64,000 nt of DNA from Actinomycetota bacterium (GCA_009886115.1 VFJJ01000001.1:1-64000); one strand, 5' to 3'. Shown: positions 36,684 through 47,422, counted from the stretch's first letter. Notes: generated by a model not told the origin, from the letters alone. Numbers and translations: made by a program.

Positions 36684-36828
36684 CGCTCGGCCGGTGATGC
36701 TCCCGCCGTAGCGGTCGCTGCGACGACGGCGGTCCCGAGCGGTGTCGCGATGTGGCCGTGAGACCTACGATCTCGGGCCTGTGGCACGGGCGGCGTCGAT
36801 GGCCGGCGCACGACACGACGGGGGACAG

Positions 36829-38550
36829 GTGCTCGATCATCTCATCACGGGTGCGACCATCGTCGACGGCACGGGCGCGCCCCCAACCCGGGGCGACATC
36901 GGTGTCCGTGACGGCCGAGTGGTCGCCCTGGGCCGTGTCGACGAGCCCGCTCGGGAAGCGCTCGATGCCGACGGGCTGATGGTGTGCCCGGGCTTCATCG
37001 ACCCGCACACGCACTACGACGCGCAGCTCTTCTGGGACCCTGCCGGATCACCGTCGAACGTCCACGGTGTGACCTCGGTGATCGGGGGAAACTGCTCGTT
37101 CGGGCTGGCGCCACTGCGGCCGGAAGACGCCGCGTTCACGCGCAGCATGATGGCCCGGGTCGAAGGCATGCCGCTGGGCGCGCTCGAGACCGGCGTCCCG
37201 TGGAGCTGGGAGACCTTCGGCGGGTATCTCGATGCTCTCGAAGGCCGCATCGGCCTCAACGCCGGTTTCATCGCCGGGCATTCGGCCTTGCGCCGGTACG
37301 TGCTCGGCCCTGACGCCCACCTGACCGCCGCCGATGAGCACACGCTACCCGCGCTGCAAGCGGCACTTGGGGAAGCACTGGCGGCGGGAGCACTGGGATT
37401 GTCGACCGACATCTCGACAGCCCACATGGACGCCGACGGCAATCCCGTCCCCGCCAAGGGTGCAGGGCCCGACGAGCACCTCGCGCTGTGCGAGGTCGTG
37501 GGCCGGCATCCGGGCACGATGCTCTCGGGCATCTTCCAGGGTGGCAGCACTGGGTGGACCGATTTCGAGCTCGACCACCTGTCTCGCATGTCGGCGGTCG
37601 CCAACCGGGTGCTGAACTGGAACCTGCTCGTGGTCGATGCCGCGTTCCCCGAGCGCGTCGTGCAGCAGCTGTCGCTGTCGCGGCACGCTCGCACGCTCGG
37701 CGGGCGGGTCGTCGCCTTGCTGATGCCCACGATCGTTCCCATGACCATGAGCTTCGGCAGCTACTGCGCGCTGTTCCTCATCCCGGGTTGGCGCGAGGTC
37801 ATGGGCCTGCCGCTCGCCGATCGCATGCAGGCGCTGCGTAGCTCCGACACCCGCCGACGCTTGGCGATGGCGGCCAACGCCGAAGAAGCGGGCATGTTCC
37901 GTGTGCTCGGCAACTTCGCCGGGTACCGCATCGGCGACACGAACAGCGCAGCCAACGACGGCATGTCGGGCCGCGTCGTCGGCGACATCGCACGCGAGCG
38001 CGGGGTCGACCCGTTCGACGCGCTGATCGACGTCGTGCTGGCCGACGACCTCCGCACGGTGCTGTGGCCGCCGGCCTCTGGTGACGACGACGAGCACTGG
38101 GCGATCCGGGCCAGCGTCTGGAACGACGACGACGTGCTGATGGCGGGCTCCGACGCCGGTGCCCATCTCGACCGCATGTGCGGCGGGTCGTACCCGACCC
38201 AGTTCCTCGCCGAGTGCCTGCGGGGGCGCCAGTTCATGGCGGTCGAGCAGGCGGTCCACAACTTCACCGACAAGCCGGCGCGGCTGTTCGGCCTGCGCGA
38301 CCGCGGCCGCATCGCCCTTGGGGCGTTCGCCGATCTGGTGGTGTTCGATCCGGCGACGATCGGCGCGCAGCAGGCTCGGTTGGTGCACGACCTCCCGGGC
38401 GGCGCCGTTCGTCTCGTGGCCGGATCGACGGGAGTGCACCGCGTGCTCGTGAACGGCGTGGAGACCGTCCGCGACGGCGAGTCGACGGGCATGACGCCCG
38501 GCACGGTCCTGCGCTCGGGCGCCGACACCGACACGGTCACCGCGCGGTAG
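36829..38550 (+). CDS. N-acyl-D-amino-acid deacylase family amidohydrolase
   Basis: PGFIDPHTHYD, GVTSVIGGNC, SDAGAH, ADLVVFD. Confidence 0.92.
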   Translation: MLDHLITGATIVDGTGAPPTRGDIGVRDGRVVALGRVDEPAREALDADGLMVCPGFIDPHTHYDAQLFWDPAGSPSNVHGVTSVIGGNCSFGLAPLRPEDAAFTRSMMARVEGMPLGALETGVPWSWETFGGYLDALEGRIGLNAGFIAGHSALRRYVLGPDAHLTAADEHTLPALQAALGEALAAGALGLSTDISTAHMDADGNPVPAKGAGPDEHLALCEVVGRHPGTMLSGIFQGGSTGWTDFELDHLSRMSAVANRVLNWNLLVVDAAFPERVVQQLSLSRHARTLGGRVVALLMPTIVPMTMSFGSYCALFLIPGWREVMGLPLADRMQALRSSDTRRRLAMAANAEEAGMFRVLGNFAGYRIGDTNSAANDGMSGRVVGDIARERGVDPFDALIDVVLADDLRTVLWPPASGDDDEHWAIRASVWNDDDVLMAGSDAGAHLDRMCGGSYPTQFLAECLRGRQFMAVEQAVHNFTDKPARLFGLRDRGRIALGAFADLVVFDPATIGAQQARLVHDLPGGAVRLVAGSTGVHRVLVNGVETVRDGESTGMTPGTVLRSGADTDTVTAR

Positions 38551-38748
38551 GCGTCGCCGGGTCGCCTGGTCGCCTGGGTGCGTCCCTCCGATCCCGATGA
38601 TCCCGGCGATCGATGCCGTTTCCGGGCCCGATCGGCCGGCTGATACGGAGCGGGGTTGGTGCCATCTGCGAGGGTGGAGCCGACGGCCACCTTCGATCGA
38701 CGGCAGGCATCCACCAGCAACGGCCTGAACGACAGGAGCAGATTCACG

Positions 38749-40635
38749 ATGGGTGCAGTTGTCGACGAAGCTTTCATCCGTCGGGCGGTCGAGCTGGCCG
38801 ACCTGACGGCCGTTCGGGTCGCGCTCTTCCAGGCCACAGGTGATCCCGAGCTCGCGGCGTTGGGGCCCGTCGCCCAGCTCGAAGCCGACGATCGTGAACG
38901 GTTGATCTCGAAGGCGGTGCGGTATCTCCACGACCTTCAGAGCCAGCCTCGCGGCGTCACACTTGAGACGCCGTCGGAAGACGAGCTGCGGCGCTTGATG
39001 GAGATGGCGACCGGCATCGTCATGACCGAGCAGGAGTTCCTGGCCCGGCGCGACCTGCCGGCGTTCGACGAGGTTCCGTGGAACTGTGACTGGACCGGCG
39101 GGAAGCCGGCGCTCCCCGAGGGCTTCCACGTCGCGATCGTCGGCGCCGGCTTCAGCGGGATCGCCGCCGCGGTCCAGCTCGAGCGGCTCGACATCCCCTA
39201 CACCATCTTCGAGCGACGCCACGAGGTCGGCGGCGTATGGAGCATCAACACCTACCCCGACGCCCGGGTCGACACGGCGAGCTCCACCTACGAGTACAAC
39301 TTCGAGAAGAACTACCCGTGGTCGGAGTACTTCGCCAAGCAGGCCGAGGTACGGGGGTACCTCGAGCACGTGGCCAAGACGCACGGCCTGTGGGACCACA
39401 TCTGCTTCAACAGCGACCTCACCGAGGCCCGGTTCCATGCCGATGGTTCCGTGTGGCACCTGCGCTTCGACCAGCCGGACGGGCCGAGCCTCGAGGTCGA
39501 AGCCAACGCCGTCATCAGCGCTGTCGGCGTCTTCGCCAATCCCAAGTTCGTCGAGTTCCCCGGGAGCGACCAGTTCGGCGGGCAGATCGTGCATCCGACG
39601 CAGTGGTCTCCGGCCTACGACATCGCCGGGAAGTCGGTTGCGGTCATCGGCAACGGTTCGACGGGTGTGCAGCTGGTGGCGCCGATCGCTCGGGAGGCGA
39701 GCCAGGTGTACGTGTTCCAGCGCACGCCGCAGTGGATCAGCCCGCGTCCCAAGTACGGAGCGCCCATCGAGCCGGAGGTCCGCTGGTTGCTCGACACCAT
39801 GCCCGGCTATTGGAACTGGTCGCGCTACGTGGCCACGTCGTCCCTGTTCGCCTCGCACGACTACATGATCGCCGACCCCGAGTGGCAGGCCGGTGGGGGC
39901 TTCGTCAACCCGAAGAACGACCAGATGCGCGCCGATCTCACGAAGTACATCAACGCACAGGTGGGTGGCCGAGCCGACCTCGTCGAGCAGCTCGTCCCCG
40001 ACTACGCGCCCATGACCCGGCGGCCCGTCGTCGACAACGGCTGGTACGCCGCGCTCACCCGCGACAACGTCGAGCTGGTCACCGAGGGCATCCGTGGCCT
40101 CACGCCGACCGGGATCGAGACCGAGGACGGCACCGTGCGCCCGGTCGATTTCGTCATCACCGCGACCGGCTTCGATGTCGTGAAGTTCCTGTGGCCGGCC
40201 GAGTACGTGGGCCTCGACGGTGCCCGCCTGCACGAGCAGTGGTCGAAGGACGGTCCTCGGGCGTATCTGGGCATGATGGTCCCCGACTTCCCGAACATGT
40301 TCATGCTCTACGGCCCGAACTCGCAGCCGGTCTCGGGGGGCACGTCGCTGCCGGCCTGGTACCAGATCTGGTCTCGCTACTCCGCCCGGTGCCTGGTGGC
40401 GATGCTCGAGGGTGGGTACTCGAAGGTGCAGGTCACCCGCGACGCCCACGATCGCTATAACGACGCACTCGATACCGAGGCTGCGAAGCTCGTGCTGCTC
40501 ACCGACACGGGGTCGGTCGACAAGAACTACTACGTCAACGACTTCGGACGGGTGCAGGTGAACTCGCCGTTCGAATCGCCGTACTTCTACGAGATGTGCT
40601 CGGCGCCCGACTGGAACGACCTCGAGCTCTCATAG
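38749..40635 (+). CDS. Baeyer-Villiger monooxygenase (HAPMO-like, N-terminally extended)
   Basis: GAGFSG, GGVWSINTYP, fingerprint FGGQIVHPTQW, GNGSTG, ATGF, FPNMFMLYGPN. Confidence 0.93.
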   Translation: MGAVVDEAFIRRAVELADLTAVRVALFQATGDPELAALGPVAQLEADDRERLISKAVRYLHDLQSQPRGVTLETPSEDELRRLMEMATGIVMTEQEFLARRDLPAFDEVPWNCDWTGGKPALPEGFHVAIVGAGFSGIAAAVQLERLDIPYTIFERRHEVGGVWSINTYPDARVDTASSTYEYNFEKNYPWSEYFAKQAEVRGYLEHVAKTHGLWDHICFNSDLTEARFHADGSVWHLRFDQPDGPSLEVEANAVISAVGVFANPKFVEFPGSDQFGGQIVHPTQWSPAYDIAGKSVAVIGNGSTGVQLVAPIAREASQVYVFQRTPQWISPRPKYGAPIEPEVRWLLDTMPGYWNWSRYVATSSLFASHDYMIADPEWQAGGGFVNPKNDQMRADLTKYINAQVGGRADLVEQLVPDYAPMTRRPVVDNGWYAALTRDNVELVTEGIRGLTPTGIETEDGTVRPVDFVITATGFDVVKFLWPAEYVGLDGARLHEQWSKDGPRAYLGMMVPDFPNMFMLYGPNSQPVSGGTSLPAWYQIWSRYSARCLVAMLEGGYSKVQVTRDAHDRYNDALDTEAAKLVLLTDTGSVDKNYYVNDFGRVQVNSPFESPYFYEMCSAPDWNDLELS

Positions 40636-40720
40636 CACTGGCGGTCACCAGGGCGTGCATGGGACCCTGGCCGTCACCGGGCGGTCGTCGACGTGCCGCC
40701 CCCGGGGAAGGGACCAGACC

Positions 40721-41839
40721 ATGGCTGACACGAGGGTCGAGACCTATCGCGGCGCCACCTTCATTTCGGCCGATTCGCACGTCACCGAGCCGATCGAGCT
40801 CTACGCCGAGCGGGTCGACACCGAGTTCCGCGAGCGAGCGCCTCGGATCGAAGACCGCGATGGTTGGCGGACGCTGTTCGCCGAAGGTCTCGACCCCCGC
40901 AAGCTCATGTCGTCCGATCAGCTCATGACGGCGGTCGTCGGCGGCTACGACGTGGAGTCGCGCCAACGTGACCAGGCTCGCGACGGTGTGAGCGCCGAGG
41001 TGATCTTCCCGACGTTCGCCCTCCAGGCCTGTTTCGCATCGCCCGATCCGAAGCTCCAGATCCAACTCTGCCGGGCCTACAACGGCTGGTCGACCGACGT
41101 GTTCGCCGGCATAGCGAACCTCATCGCGGTCGGAGCCGTTCCGATGCTCGACATCGACGACGGCATCGCCGAGGCGCAGCACCTCGCCGCGTCGGGATGC
41201 CGGGCGCTCATGCTGCCGGCCAAGGTGATCGGCCGGCCGTACAACGATCCCGAGTACGACCGGTTCTGGGCCGTCGCCGAAGAGCTCGGCCTGCCGCTCA
41301 CCTTCCATTCGGGCACCGGCTACGAGCCACGGATCGTGCGGGGACCGGGTGGGGCCGTCGTCAACTACATCATGGGTGCACAGCTCGATGGCCCCATGGT
41401 GATGCTGTGCCTGGCTGCCGGAGGAGCGCTCGATCGCTTTCCCGGTCTGCGGATCGTCACCGTCGAGACCGGTGCCTCCTGGCTCGGCTGGATCATGACC
41501 CAGGCCGACTCGATCTACGTCGACCACGCCATGTACGCCCGTCCGAAGCTGTCGATGCTGCCGAGCGAGTTGATCAGGCGGCAGTGCTCGGCGACGTTCA
41601 TGTACGACCCGGTTGCCGTGCTGACCCGTCACGTCACCGGGACCGACACGCTGATGTGGGGCAACGACTACCCGCACCCCGAGGGCACCTGGCCCGAGTC
41701 GCAGCACCGCTGCGCCGACCAGTTCGACGGCATCTCCGATGCCGACCTCCAAGCAATCGCCAGCGGCAACGCGGCCCGGGTGTTCGGGTTCGACCTCGGT
41801 CAGTCCGATCCGACGGGCAGAGATGCCGGCCCGCGCTGA
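40721..41839 (+). CDS. Amidohydrolase family protein (amidohydro_2)
   Basis: ISADSHVTEP, TFHSG, WGNDYPH. Confidence 0.92.
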   Translation: MADTRVETYRGATFISADSHVTEPIELYAERVDTEFRERAPRIEDRDGWRTLFAEGLDPRKLMSSDQLMTAVVGGYDVESRQRDQARDGVSAEVIFPTFALQACFASPDPKLQIQLCRAYNGWSTDVFAGIANLIAVGAVPMLDIDDGIAEAQHLAASGCRALMLPAKVIGRPYNDPEYDRFWAVAEELGLPLTFHSGTGYEPRIVRGPGGAVVNYIMGAQLDGPMVMLCLAAGGALDRFPGLRIVTVETGASWLGWIMTQADSIYVDHAMYARPKLSMLPSELIRRQCSATFMYDPVAVLTRHVTGTDTLMWGNDYPHPEGTWPESQHRCADQFDGISDADLQAIASGNAARVFGFDLGQSDPTGRDAGPR

Positions 41840-41853
41840 GCGATACTGGGACC

Positions 41854-42255
41854 GTGGCCGAACGAAACGTCATCGGGGGAGTGCTGGAGCCGTGCGGCAC
41901 CGATCCGGTGACGGGCTTCTACCGTGATGGGTGTTGCAGCACCGGCCCCGAAGACCGGGGCAGCCACACCATCTGCGGGGTGGTGACGGCCGAGTTCCTC
42001 GACCACCAGCGCCGCATCGGCAACGACCTGAGCACGCCCGCGCCGCAGTATCGCTTCCCAGGCCTCGTGCCCGGCGACCGCTGGTGCGTGACCGCTGCCA
42101 ACTGGTTGCGGGCGCATCGCGAGGGTTGTGCCTGCCCGGTCGTGCTGGCCTCGACCCACGAGCGGGCACTCGACATCGTCCCGCTCGAAGCGCTGCAACA
42201 GCACGCCGTCGACGTGCCCCCCGACCTGAGCGCGCTCGACGCCAGAGACGTGTGA
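41854..42255 (+). CDS. DUF2237 family protein
   Basis: NVIGGVLEPCGTDPVTGFYRDGCC...GNDLSTP...PGDRWC; GATACT-6 nt-GTG leaderless arrangement. Confidence 0.88.
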   Translation: MAERNVIGGVLEPCGTDPVTGFYRDGCCSTGPEDRGSHTICGVVTAEFLDHQRRIGNDLSTPAPQYRFPGLVPGDRWCVTAANWLRAHREGCACPVVLASTHERALDIVPLEALQQHAVDVPPDLSALDARDV

Positions 42256-42300
42256 GATGCCTGAGCATTGGTAGTCATGCGAGCGGATCGCCGGTCCCTG

Positions 42301-44613
42301 CTACTCGCTGTGGAGGGCCGCTCGAATCTCCTGATCGGGCTGGGGTGCAGCGCCGGAGCCGGCTTCGATCGTGACCTCGTGGATGACACCCGTCCACGGA
42401 AACGGGCAGACGTAGTCGTCGCACACCGGGAAGCCGCTGTCGTGGCCGATACGCAGGCCAGCGCCACCGTGCTGCCATGCGAAAGGAAGGGCGAGCGGGC
42501 TCGCGCCCGACGCGACGACAGCGCCGTCGCAGCGCAGGGTGAGCAGGGTGCCTTCGGGGCCCCGGTTCTCGAGGACGCAGTCGACGGTGTGGCGGCCCGG
42601 CGTGATGACCGTGGGGGAGTTGACGACGGTCGACTCGCCGGCGATGTTGATGGCGAACGCCGGGCGACCGTCGCGCACGTAGAGCGCGAACCCGCTCGTC
42701 CAGTCACCGAGCGCGCAGAGCACACCCTCGGCCGATGAGCCGGCATCGGTCCGGGCCGGCGACTCGGGCACGTCGACGGCGGCGGCGATTCTCCCGCCAC
42801 CGAAGAGCATCGGGACGCACTCGTCGTGCACCGGGCTGCCCCCCGGCCGGAAGGTGGCCCGCTGCGCCGCTGGGTACTGCGGCGTGATCATCGATCCGAG
42901 CCGGCCGATGAGCGAGTCGTCCATGGGCATCACCCCGTGCCGGCCCGCTTCCATCAGCCACAGCTCGCGGAGCTCGTCGAGCACCGCGGGGTGCTCGGCG
43001 GCCACGTCGGTGGCCTCGGTGAAGTCGCCGTCGAGCCGGAACAGCGCCCAGGTGTCGTCGGCGAACGTGCGGCTGCCGATCAGGAGCCGCTCCTCGTCGA
43101 GCACACCCTTCGACACGTGGTCGGTGGTGGCCTTCCATTCCCCGGCGATGATCGACCGTGAGCCGAGCATCTCGAAGTACTGCACGGCCCGCGGGTTCGG
43201 CGCGCCGGCATCGTCGAACGTGGGGACGAGCGACGCCCCGTGGACAGGCCGCTGCTCGATGCCGTCGATGTGCGACGGGGCCGCAACACCACAGGCGTCG
43301 AGGACGGTGGGCATGAGGTCGACGGCGTGGCAGATCTGGGGCCTCACCTTCCCTGCGCCGGCGGCCGCGATACCACGGGGCCAGTGGACGATGAGCGGGC
43401 TGCGCGTGCCGCCCAGCCACGTATAGCGCTTCCACAGCCGGAACGGGCTGTTGCCGGCCCACGCCCAGCCCCAGGCGTAGTGGCTGTACGAACGGTGGCC
43501 GCCCCATCCGTCGATCAGGCGCAGGTTGGCCTCGGCTGTCTCGGGCAGGCCCTGCGTGAAGCGGTGCTCGTTGAACGTCCCGTGCTGACCGCCCTCGGCG
43601 CTGGCGCCGTTGTCAGAGATGAACATCACGATGGTGTTGTCGAGCTGGCCGGTCTCGTCGAGGAACGTGAGCAGACGGCCGATCTGCGCGTCGGTGTGCG
43701 TGAGGAAGCCGGCATAGTTCTCGTACATCGCCGAATACAGGCGACGCTCGTCCGCCGGCAGGTCGTCCCATGCCGCGATCCACGGAGGCCGTTCCGTGAG
43801 CCGAGCCGTTGGCGGAACCACGCCCAGCGCTACCTGACGGGCGAACGTGTCATCGCGCCAGTGTTCCCAGCCCCGGTCGAAACGGCCGGCATACCGGTCG
43901 GCCCACCCGGGCGGGGTGTGGTGCGGAGCATGCATGGCGCCCGGAGCGAAGTACATGAAGAAGGGCTTGCCCGGCGCGGAATGCTGCTGGTCGACGATGC
44001 AACGGATCGCCGTGTCGGTGAGGTCCTCGGTGAGGTGGTAGCCGTCCTCGGGCCTCGCCGGCGGCTCGACGTAGTGGTTGTCGCGCACGAGGTTCGGCGC
44101 CCACTGGTTGGTGTCACCCTGCAGGAACCCGTAGTAGCGCTCGAAGCCGTAGCCGAGCGGCCAACGGTCGAACGGGCCGGCGTGCGAACGTTCCCCGCGG
44201 GGTACCAAATGCCACTTGCCGATCGCGAACGTGCTGTAGCCAGCGTCGCGGAGCACCCGGGGCAGGGTCCCCGCCGACTTCGGCGGCGCTCCGTCGTAAC
44301 CCGGAAAGGCCAGCGGCATGTCGACGAGGAACCCGACGCCCACGGAGTGGTGGTTGCGGCCCGTCATGAGACAGGCCCGGCTGGGCGAGCACAGCGCGGT
44401 CACATGGAATCGGTTGTAGCGCAGGCCGCCGGCGGCCAGCCGGTCGATGTGTGGCGTCTCGATGTCGGAGCCGAAGCAACCGACCTGGCCGTATCCGAGG
44501 TCGTCGAGCACGATGACGACGACGTTGGGCGCTCCCGGTGCGGGACGGGGCCGCCGGTCGGGGTACGGCTCGTGACGCACGACCGGTCGGGGCTGCTGGG
44601 CTGTCTCGGGCAT
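42301..44613 (-). CDS. Arylsulfatase (Cys-type)
   Basis: VLDDLG, CSPSR formylglycine motif, GKWH, SDNG; C-terminal LamG-like region; TAGCGT-6 nt-ATG. Confidence 0.95.
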   Translation of the reverse strand: MPETAQQPRPVVRHEPYPDRRPRPAPGAPNVVVIVLDDLGYGQVGCFGSDIETPHIDRLAAGGLRYNRFHVTALCSPSRACLMTGRNHHSVGVGFLVDMPLAFPGYDGAPPKSAGTLPRVLRDAGYSTFAIGKWHLVPRGERSHAGPFDRWPLGYGFERYYGFLQGDTNQWAPNLVRDNHYVEPPARPEDGYHLTEDLTDTAIRCIVDQQHSAPGKPFFMYFAPGAMHAPHHTPPGWADRYAGRFDRGWEHWRDDTFARQVALGVVPPTARLTERPPWIAAWDDLPADERRLYSAMYENYAGFLTHTDAQIGRLLTFLDETGQLDNTIVMFISDNGASAEGGQHGTFNEHRFTQGLPETAEANLRLIDGWGGHRSYSHYAWGWAWAGNSPFRLWKRYTWLGGTRSPLIVHWPRGIAAAGAGKVRPQICHAVDLMPTVLDACGVAAPSHIDGIEQRPVHGASLVPTFDDAGAPNPRAVQYFEMLGSRSIIAGEWKATTDHVSKGVLDEERLLIGSRTFADDTWALFRLDGDFTEATDVAAEHPAVLDELRELWLMEAGRHGVMPMDDSLIGRLGSMITPQYPAAQRATFRPGGSPVHDECVPMLFGGGRIAAAVDVPESPARTDAGSSAEGVLCALGDWTSGFALYVRDGRPAFAINIAGESTVVNSPTVITPGRHTVDCVLENRGPEGTLLTLRCDGAVVASGASPLALPFAWQHGGAGLRIGHDSGFPVCDDYVCPFPWTGVIHEVTIEAGSGAAPQPDQEIRAALHSE

Positions 44614-44673
44614 GGCTTCACGCTACCGGCGGCAACGCCGTGATGGAGCGTGCGACCACCGCCTCTCGTGGTC

Positions 44674-44689
44674 CTGACAGGCCCGTCAA
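44674..44689. promoter_or_regulatory. Operator motif YTGAC-N6-GTCAR (copy 1)
   Basis: CTGACAGGCCCGTCAA; its CTGACA lies 18 bp upstream of TAGCGT (44698-44703). Confidence 0.6.
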
Positions 44690-44765
44690 GACGTGAGTAG
44701 CGTCGGGCCGAAGGTGACGGGCGACGCTCCGGCACGACGCACTCCGCACAAGGGGACCACCGACC

Positions 44766-45569
44766 ATGACAGCCATCGACAGCCAACCGGTACCCGACTA
44801 TGCCTCACTTCTGCGCCTCGACGGGCGCAACCTGATCGTGGTCGGAGCCGGGCAGGGCATGGGCCGACAGTCGAGCCACGCGCTCACTCAGAACGGTGCA
44901 CGCGTGATGTGCGTCGACATCGATGAGCAGCGGGCGAAGGAGATCGCCGACGAGGTCGGAGGAATCCCCTTCAGCGGCGACATGACCCGTGACGCCGAGG
45001 TGCAGCGTCTCGTCGAGGCGGCCGCCGCCGCGTTCGACGGGCCCATCCACGGCTTCGTCGACATCGTCGGCATCGCCGAGTGGCACATGGTGACCGAGAC
45101 GCCCGAAGACTCGTGGGATCGCCAGTTCGACATCTGCCTCCGACACGCCTACCTGTTGAGCAAGCACGTGGGCAAGCACATGACCACCAACGGCACCAAG
45201 GGAACGATGGTCTTCATCGCTTCCGTGCACGGCCTCACTGCCTCGGTCAACCATGCCGCGTACGGCTGCGCGAAGGCCGGGATCATCTCGCTCGTCAAGA
45301 CCCTCGGTCACGAGCTGGGCCGCCAGGGGATCAGAGCCAACGCCATCGCCCCGGGCACGATCCTCACGCCCCGCATGGAGGCCGCGCTCGACGACGAGCG
45401 CATCGCCTACGCGGCGGCAAAGGCCCCCCTGAATCGGATCGGCGTCCCACCCGACATCGCGTCGGCCGCGCTGTTCCTCACGAGCGACCTCTCGTCGTAC
45501 ATCACCGGGCAGACCCTCGTGGTCGACGGGGGCGTCGTCATGGCCGACCCCTTCGGCGACATGCCCTGA
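44766..45569 (+). CDS. SDR family oxidoreductase
   Basis: GAGQGMG, YGCAK, ITGQTLVVDGG. Confidence 0.93.
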   Translation: MTAIDSQPVPDYASLLRLDGRNLIVVGAGQGMGRQSSHALTQNGARVMCVDIDEQRAKEIADEVGGIPFSGDMTRDAEVQRLVEAAAAAFDGPIHGFVDIVGIAEWHMVTETPEDSWDRQFDICLRHAYLLSKHVGKHMTTNGTKGTMVFIASVHGLTASVNHAAYGCAKAGIISLVKTLGHELGRQGIRANAIAPGTILTPRMEAALDDERIAYAAAKAPLNRIGVPPDIASAALFLTSDLSSYITGQTLVVDGGVVMADPFGDMP

Positions 45570-45592
45570 AGGCGTGAGCCGACCCCCCGTAC

Positions 45593-45644
45593 CACACACC
45601 GGGCCGCACACACCAGGCCGCACACACCAGGCCGCACACACCAG
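45593..45644. repeat. Tandem repeat about 3.7 x 14 bp (CACACACCRGGCCG)
   Basis: Units start at 45593, 45607, 45621 and 45635. Confidence 0.85.
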
Positions 45645-45663
45645 CGACACCAGGAGCGATCCC

Positions 45664-46509
45664 ATGGGCAACGAGATGTACCGGTACGACGGCCAACGGG
45701 TCGTGGTGGTCGGCGGCGCCACCGGGATGGGGGCGGCGACGGCCCAGCAGGCGGCCGAGCTCGGCGCCGACGTGATCGTGCTCGACGTGGCGGCGGTCTC
45801 GTACCCGTGCAGCCAGGCCATCGCCGTCGACCTGCGCGACCGGGCGAGCGTCGACGCCGCGATCGAGCAGATCGACGGTCCGGTCAACGCGGTCTTCGCC
45901 TGCGCGGGCGTCGCCGACGGTACGCCCGGCATCATGCTCATCAACTTCACCGCTCAGCGGCACCTGATCGAGGCGCTGATCGCTCAGGGGAAGCTGGGAC
46001 GCGGGAGCTCGATCGCCTTCATCTCGTCGGTCGCCGGCCTGGGCTGGATGAGCCGTCTCGACGATGTGAAGAGCTTCCTTGCCACGCCCGACTGGGAATC
46101 GGCCGGCGGTTGGATCGACGAGCACCCGGGGACCGACAACTACGGCTTCAGCAAAGAGGCCATCAACTGTTATGTCGCCCAGCAAGGCTTCCCCTTGCTG
46201 GCCAAGGGAATCAGGATCAACGCCATCCTGCCGGGTCCCACCGACACGCCGCTCGCCCGGGCCAACGCCGACATCTGGCTCTCCTTCGGTGCCGACTACC
46301 GCCAGGCCGCCGACGTCCCGACACTCGTCCCCGGACAGATGGCGAGCACCATGTTGTTCCTGTGCAGCGCGGCAGCCAGCGGCGTCAACGGCGTCACCCT
46401 CCTCGTCGATCAGGGGCACGTGAACGCCTCCCTCGTCGACGCGTTCGACGCACCCATGGTGAAGATGATCGCCGGCGTGGTCCCCCGGGACCCGTCGATC
46501 TTCGGCTGA
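45664..46509 (+). CDS. SDR family oxidoreductase (3-alpha-HSD/coniferyl-alcohol dehydrogenase-like)
   Basis: GGATGMG, CAGV, YGFSK, PGPTDTP; AGGAG RBS. Confidence 0.9.
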   Translation: MGNEMYRYDGQRVVVVGGATGMGAATAQQAAELGADVIVLDVAAVSYPCSQAIAVDLRDRASVDAAIEQIDGPVNAVFACAGVADGTPGIMLINFTAQRHLIEALIAQGKLGRGSSIAFISSVAGLGWMSRLDDVKSFLATPDWESAGGWIDEHPGTDNYGFSKEAINCYVAQQGFPLLAKGIRINAILPGPTDTPLARANADIWLSFGADYRQAADVPTLVPGQMASTMLFLCSAAASGVNGVTLLVDQGHVNASLVDAFDAPMVKMIAGVVPRDPSIFG

Positions 46510-46528
46510 ATCGGCAAAGGAGTCGGTC

Positions 46529-47422
46529 ATGAGTCGAGCACAGGAGCTGTTGCCGGTCACGAGATCGGAGCCGCTGGTCATCGAAGGCATCCCCAAGCTC
46601 ACCGACGAGATGCGCGCCGCGCTCGACATCGAGACGCGATACGCGCCCGTTCCCGGCGGTCCGAACGTGCGCCTCCTGGTGTACCGGCCCAAGGGCGTCA
46701 TCGGGCGGCTTCCCGTGCTCGTCAGCGTGCACGGCGGCGCGTTCTGCGTCCTGAGCGCCGACGACTTCGAGGGAGCCGACGCCGGCATCGCCTTGGCGCA
46801 TCAGGCCGTCGTGGTTGCCGTCGACTACCGCCTCGCGCCCGAGTTCCCCTTTCCTGCCGGCATCGACGATTGCTACGCGGCGCTGGAATGGACGGTCGCT
46901 TCGGCTGTGGAGCTCGGTATCGATCTCGATCGCCTCGTCGTCACCGGGGGGAGTGCCGGGGGTGCGCTCGCCGCGGCCCTGTGCCTCATGGCTCGCGATC
47001 GCTCGGGGCCTCGGATCGCCGCCCAGGTGCTCATGATCCCCGTGCTCGACGATCGCCTCGATACGCCCTCGATGCGCCAGTACGAGCAGAGCATCGGGTT
47101 CAACGGCACCGCAGCCGAGGGGATGTGGTTGCACTACCTGGGCGACGATCGTGACCTGGCCGCCACCTCGCCCTACGCGGCGCCGGCCCGGGCCGAGAGC
47201 CTGGCCGGGCTGCCGCCGGCCGTGGTGATCACGCACGGGCTCGACCCCCTTCGGGATGAGGGCATCCACTACGCATTGCGATTGCTGGCCGCGGGCATCG
47301 AGGTCGAGCTGCACAACATCCCGGGCGCCTATCACGGCGCACCACCCCTCGATCCCGCTGCTGCACAGCGCGGCCAGCACATGTTCATGGCCGCCCTCGG
47401 CCAAGCCCTCAACCCTGCCTGA
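46529..47422 (+). CDS. Alpha/beta hydrolase, hormone-sensitive-lipase family esterase
   Basis: HGG, DYRLAPE, GGSAGG, DPLRDE, YHG. Confidence 0.95.
   Translation: MSRAQELLPVTRSEPLVIEGIPKLTDEMRAALDIETRYAPVPGGPNVRLLVYRPKGVIGRLPVLVSVHGGAFCVLSADDFEGADAGIALAHQAVVVAVDYRLAPEFPFPAGIDDCYAALEWTVASAVELGIDLDRLVVTGGSAGGALAAALCLMARDRSGPRIAAQVLMIPVLDDRLDTPSMRQYEQSIGFNGTAAEGMWLHYLGDDRDLAATSPYAAPARAESLAGLPPAVVITHGLDPLRDEGIHYALRLLAAGIEVELHNIPGAYHGAPPLDPAAAQRGQHMFMAALGQALNPA

Noticed and set aside
37345..40449. 1034-aa minus-strand ORF
   Set aside because: Antisense shadow of the deacylase and BVMO genes; no motifs; typical of high-GC DNA.
42301..44613. Sulfatase lacking an adjacent formylglycine-generating enzyme as a novelty
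   Set aside because: The maturase commonly acts in trans, so its absence from the window is uninformative.
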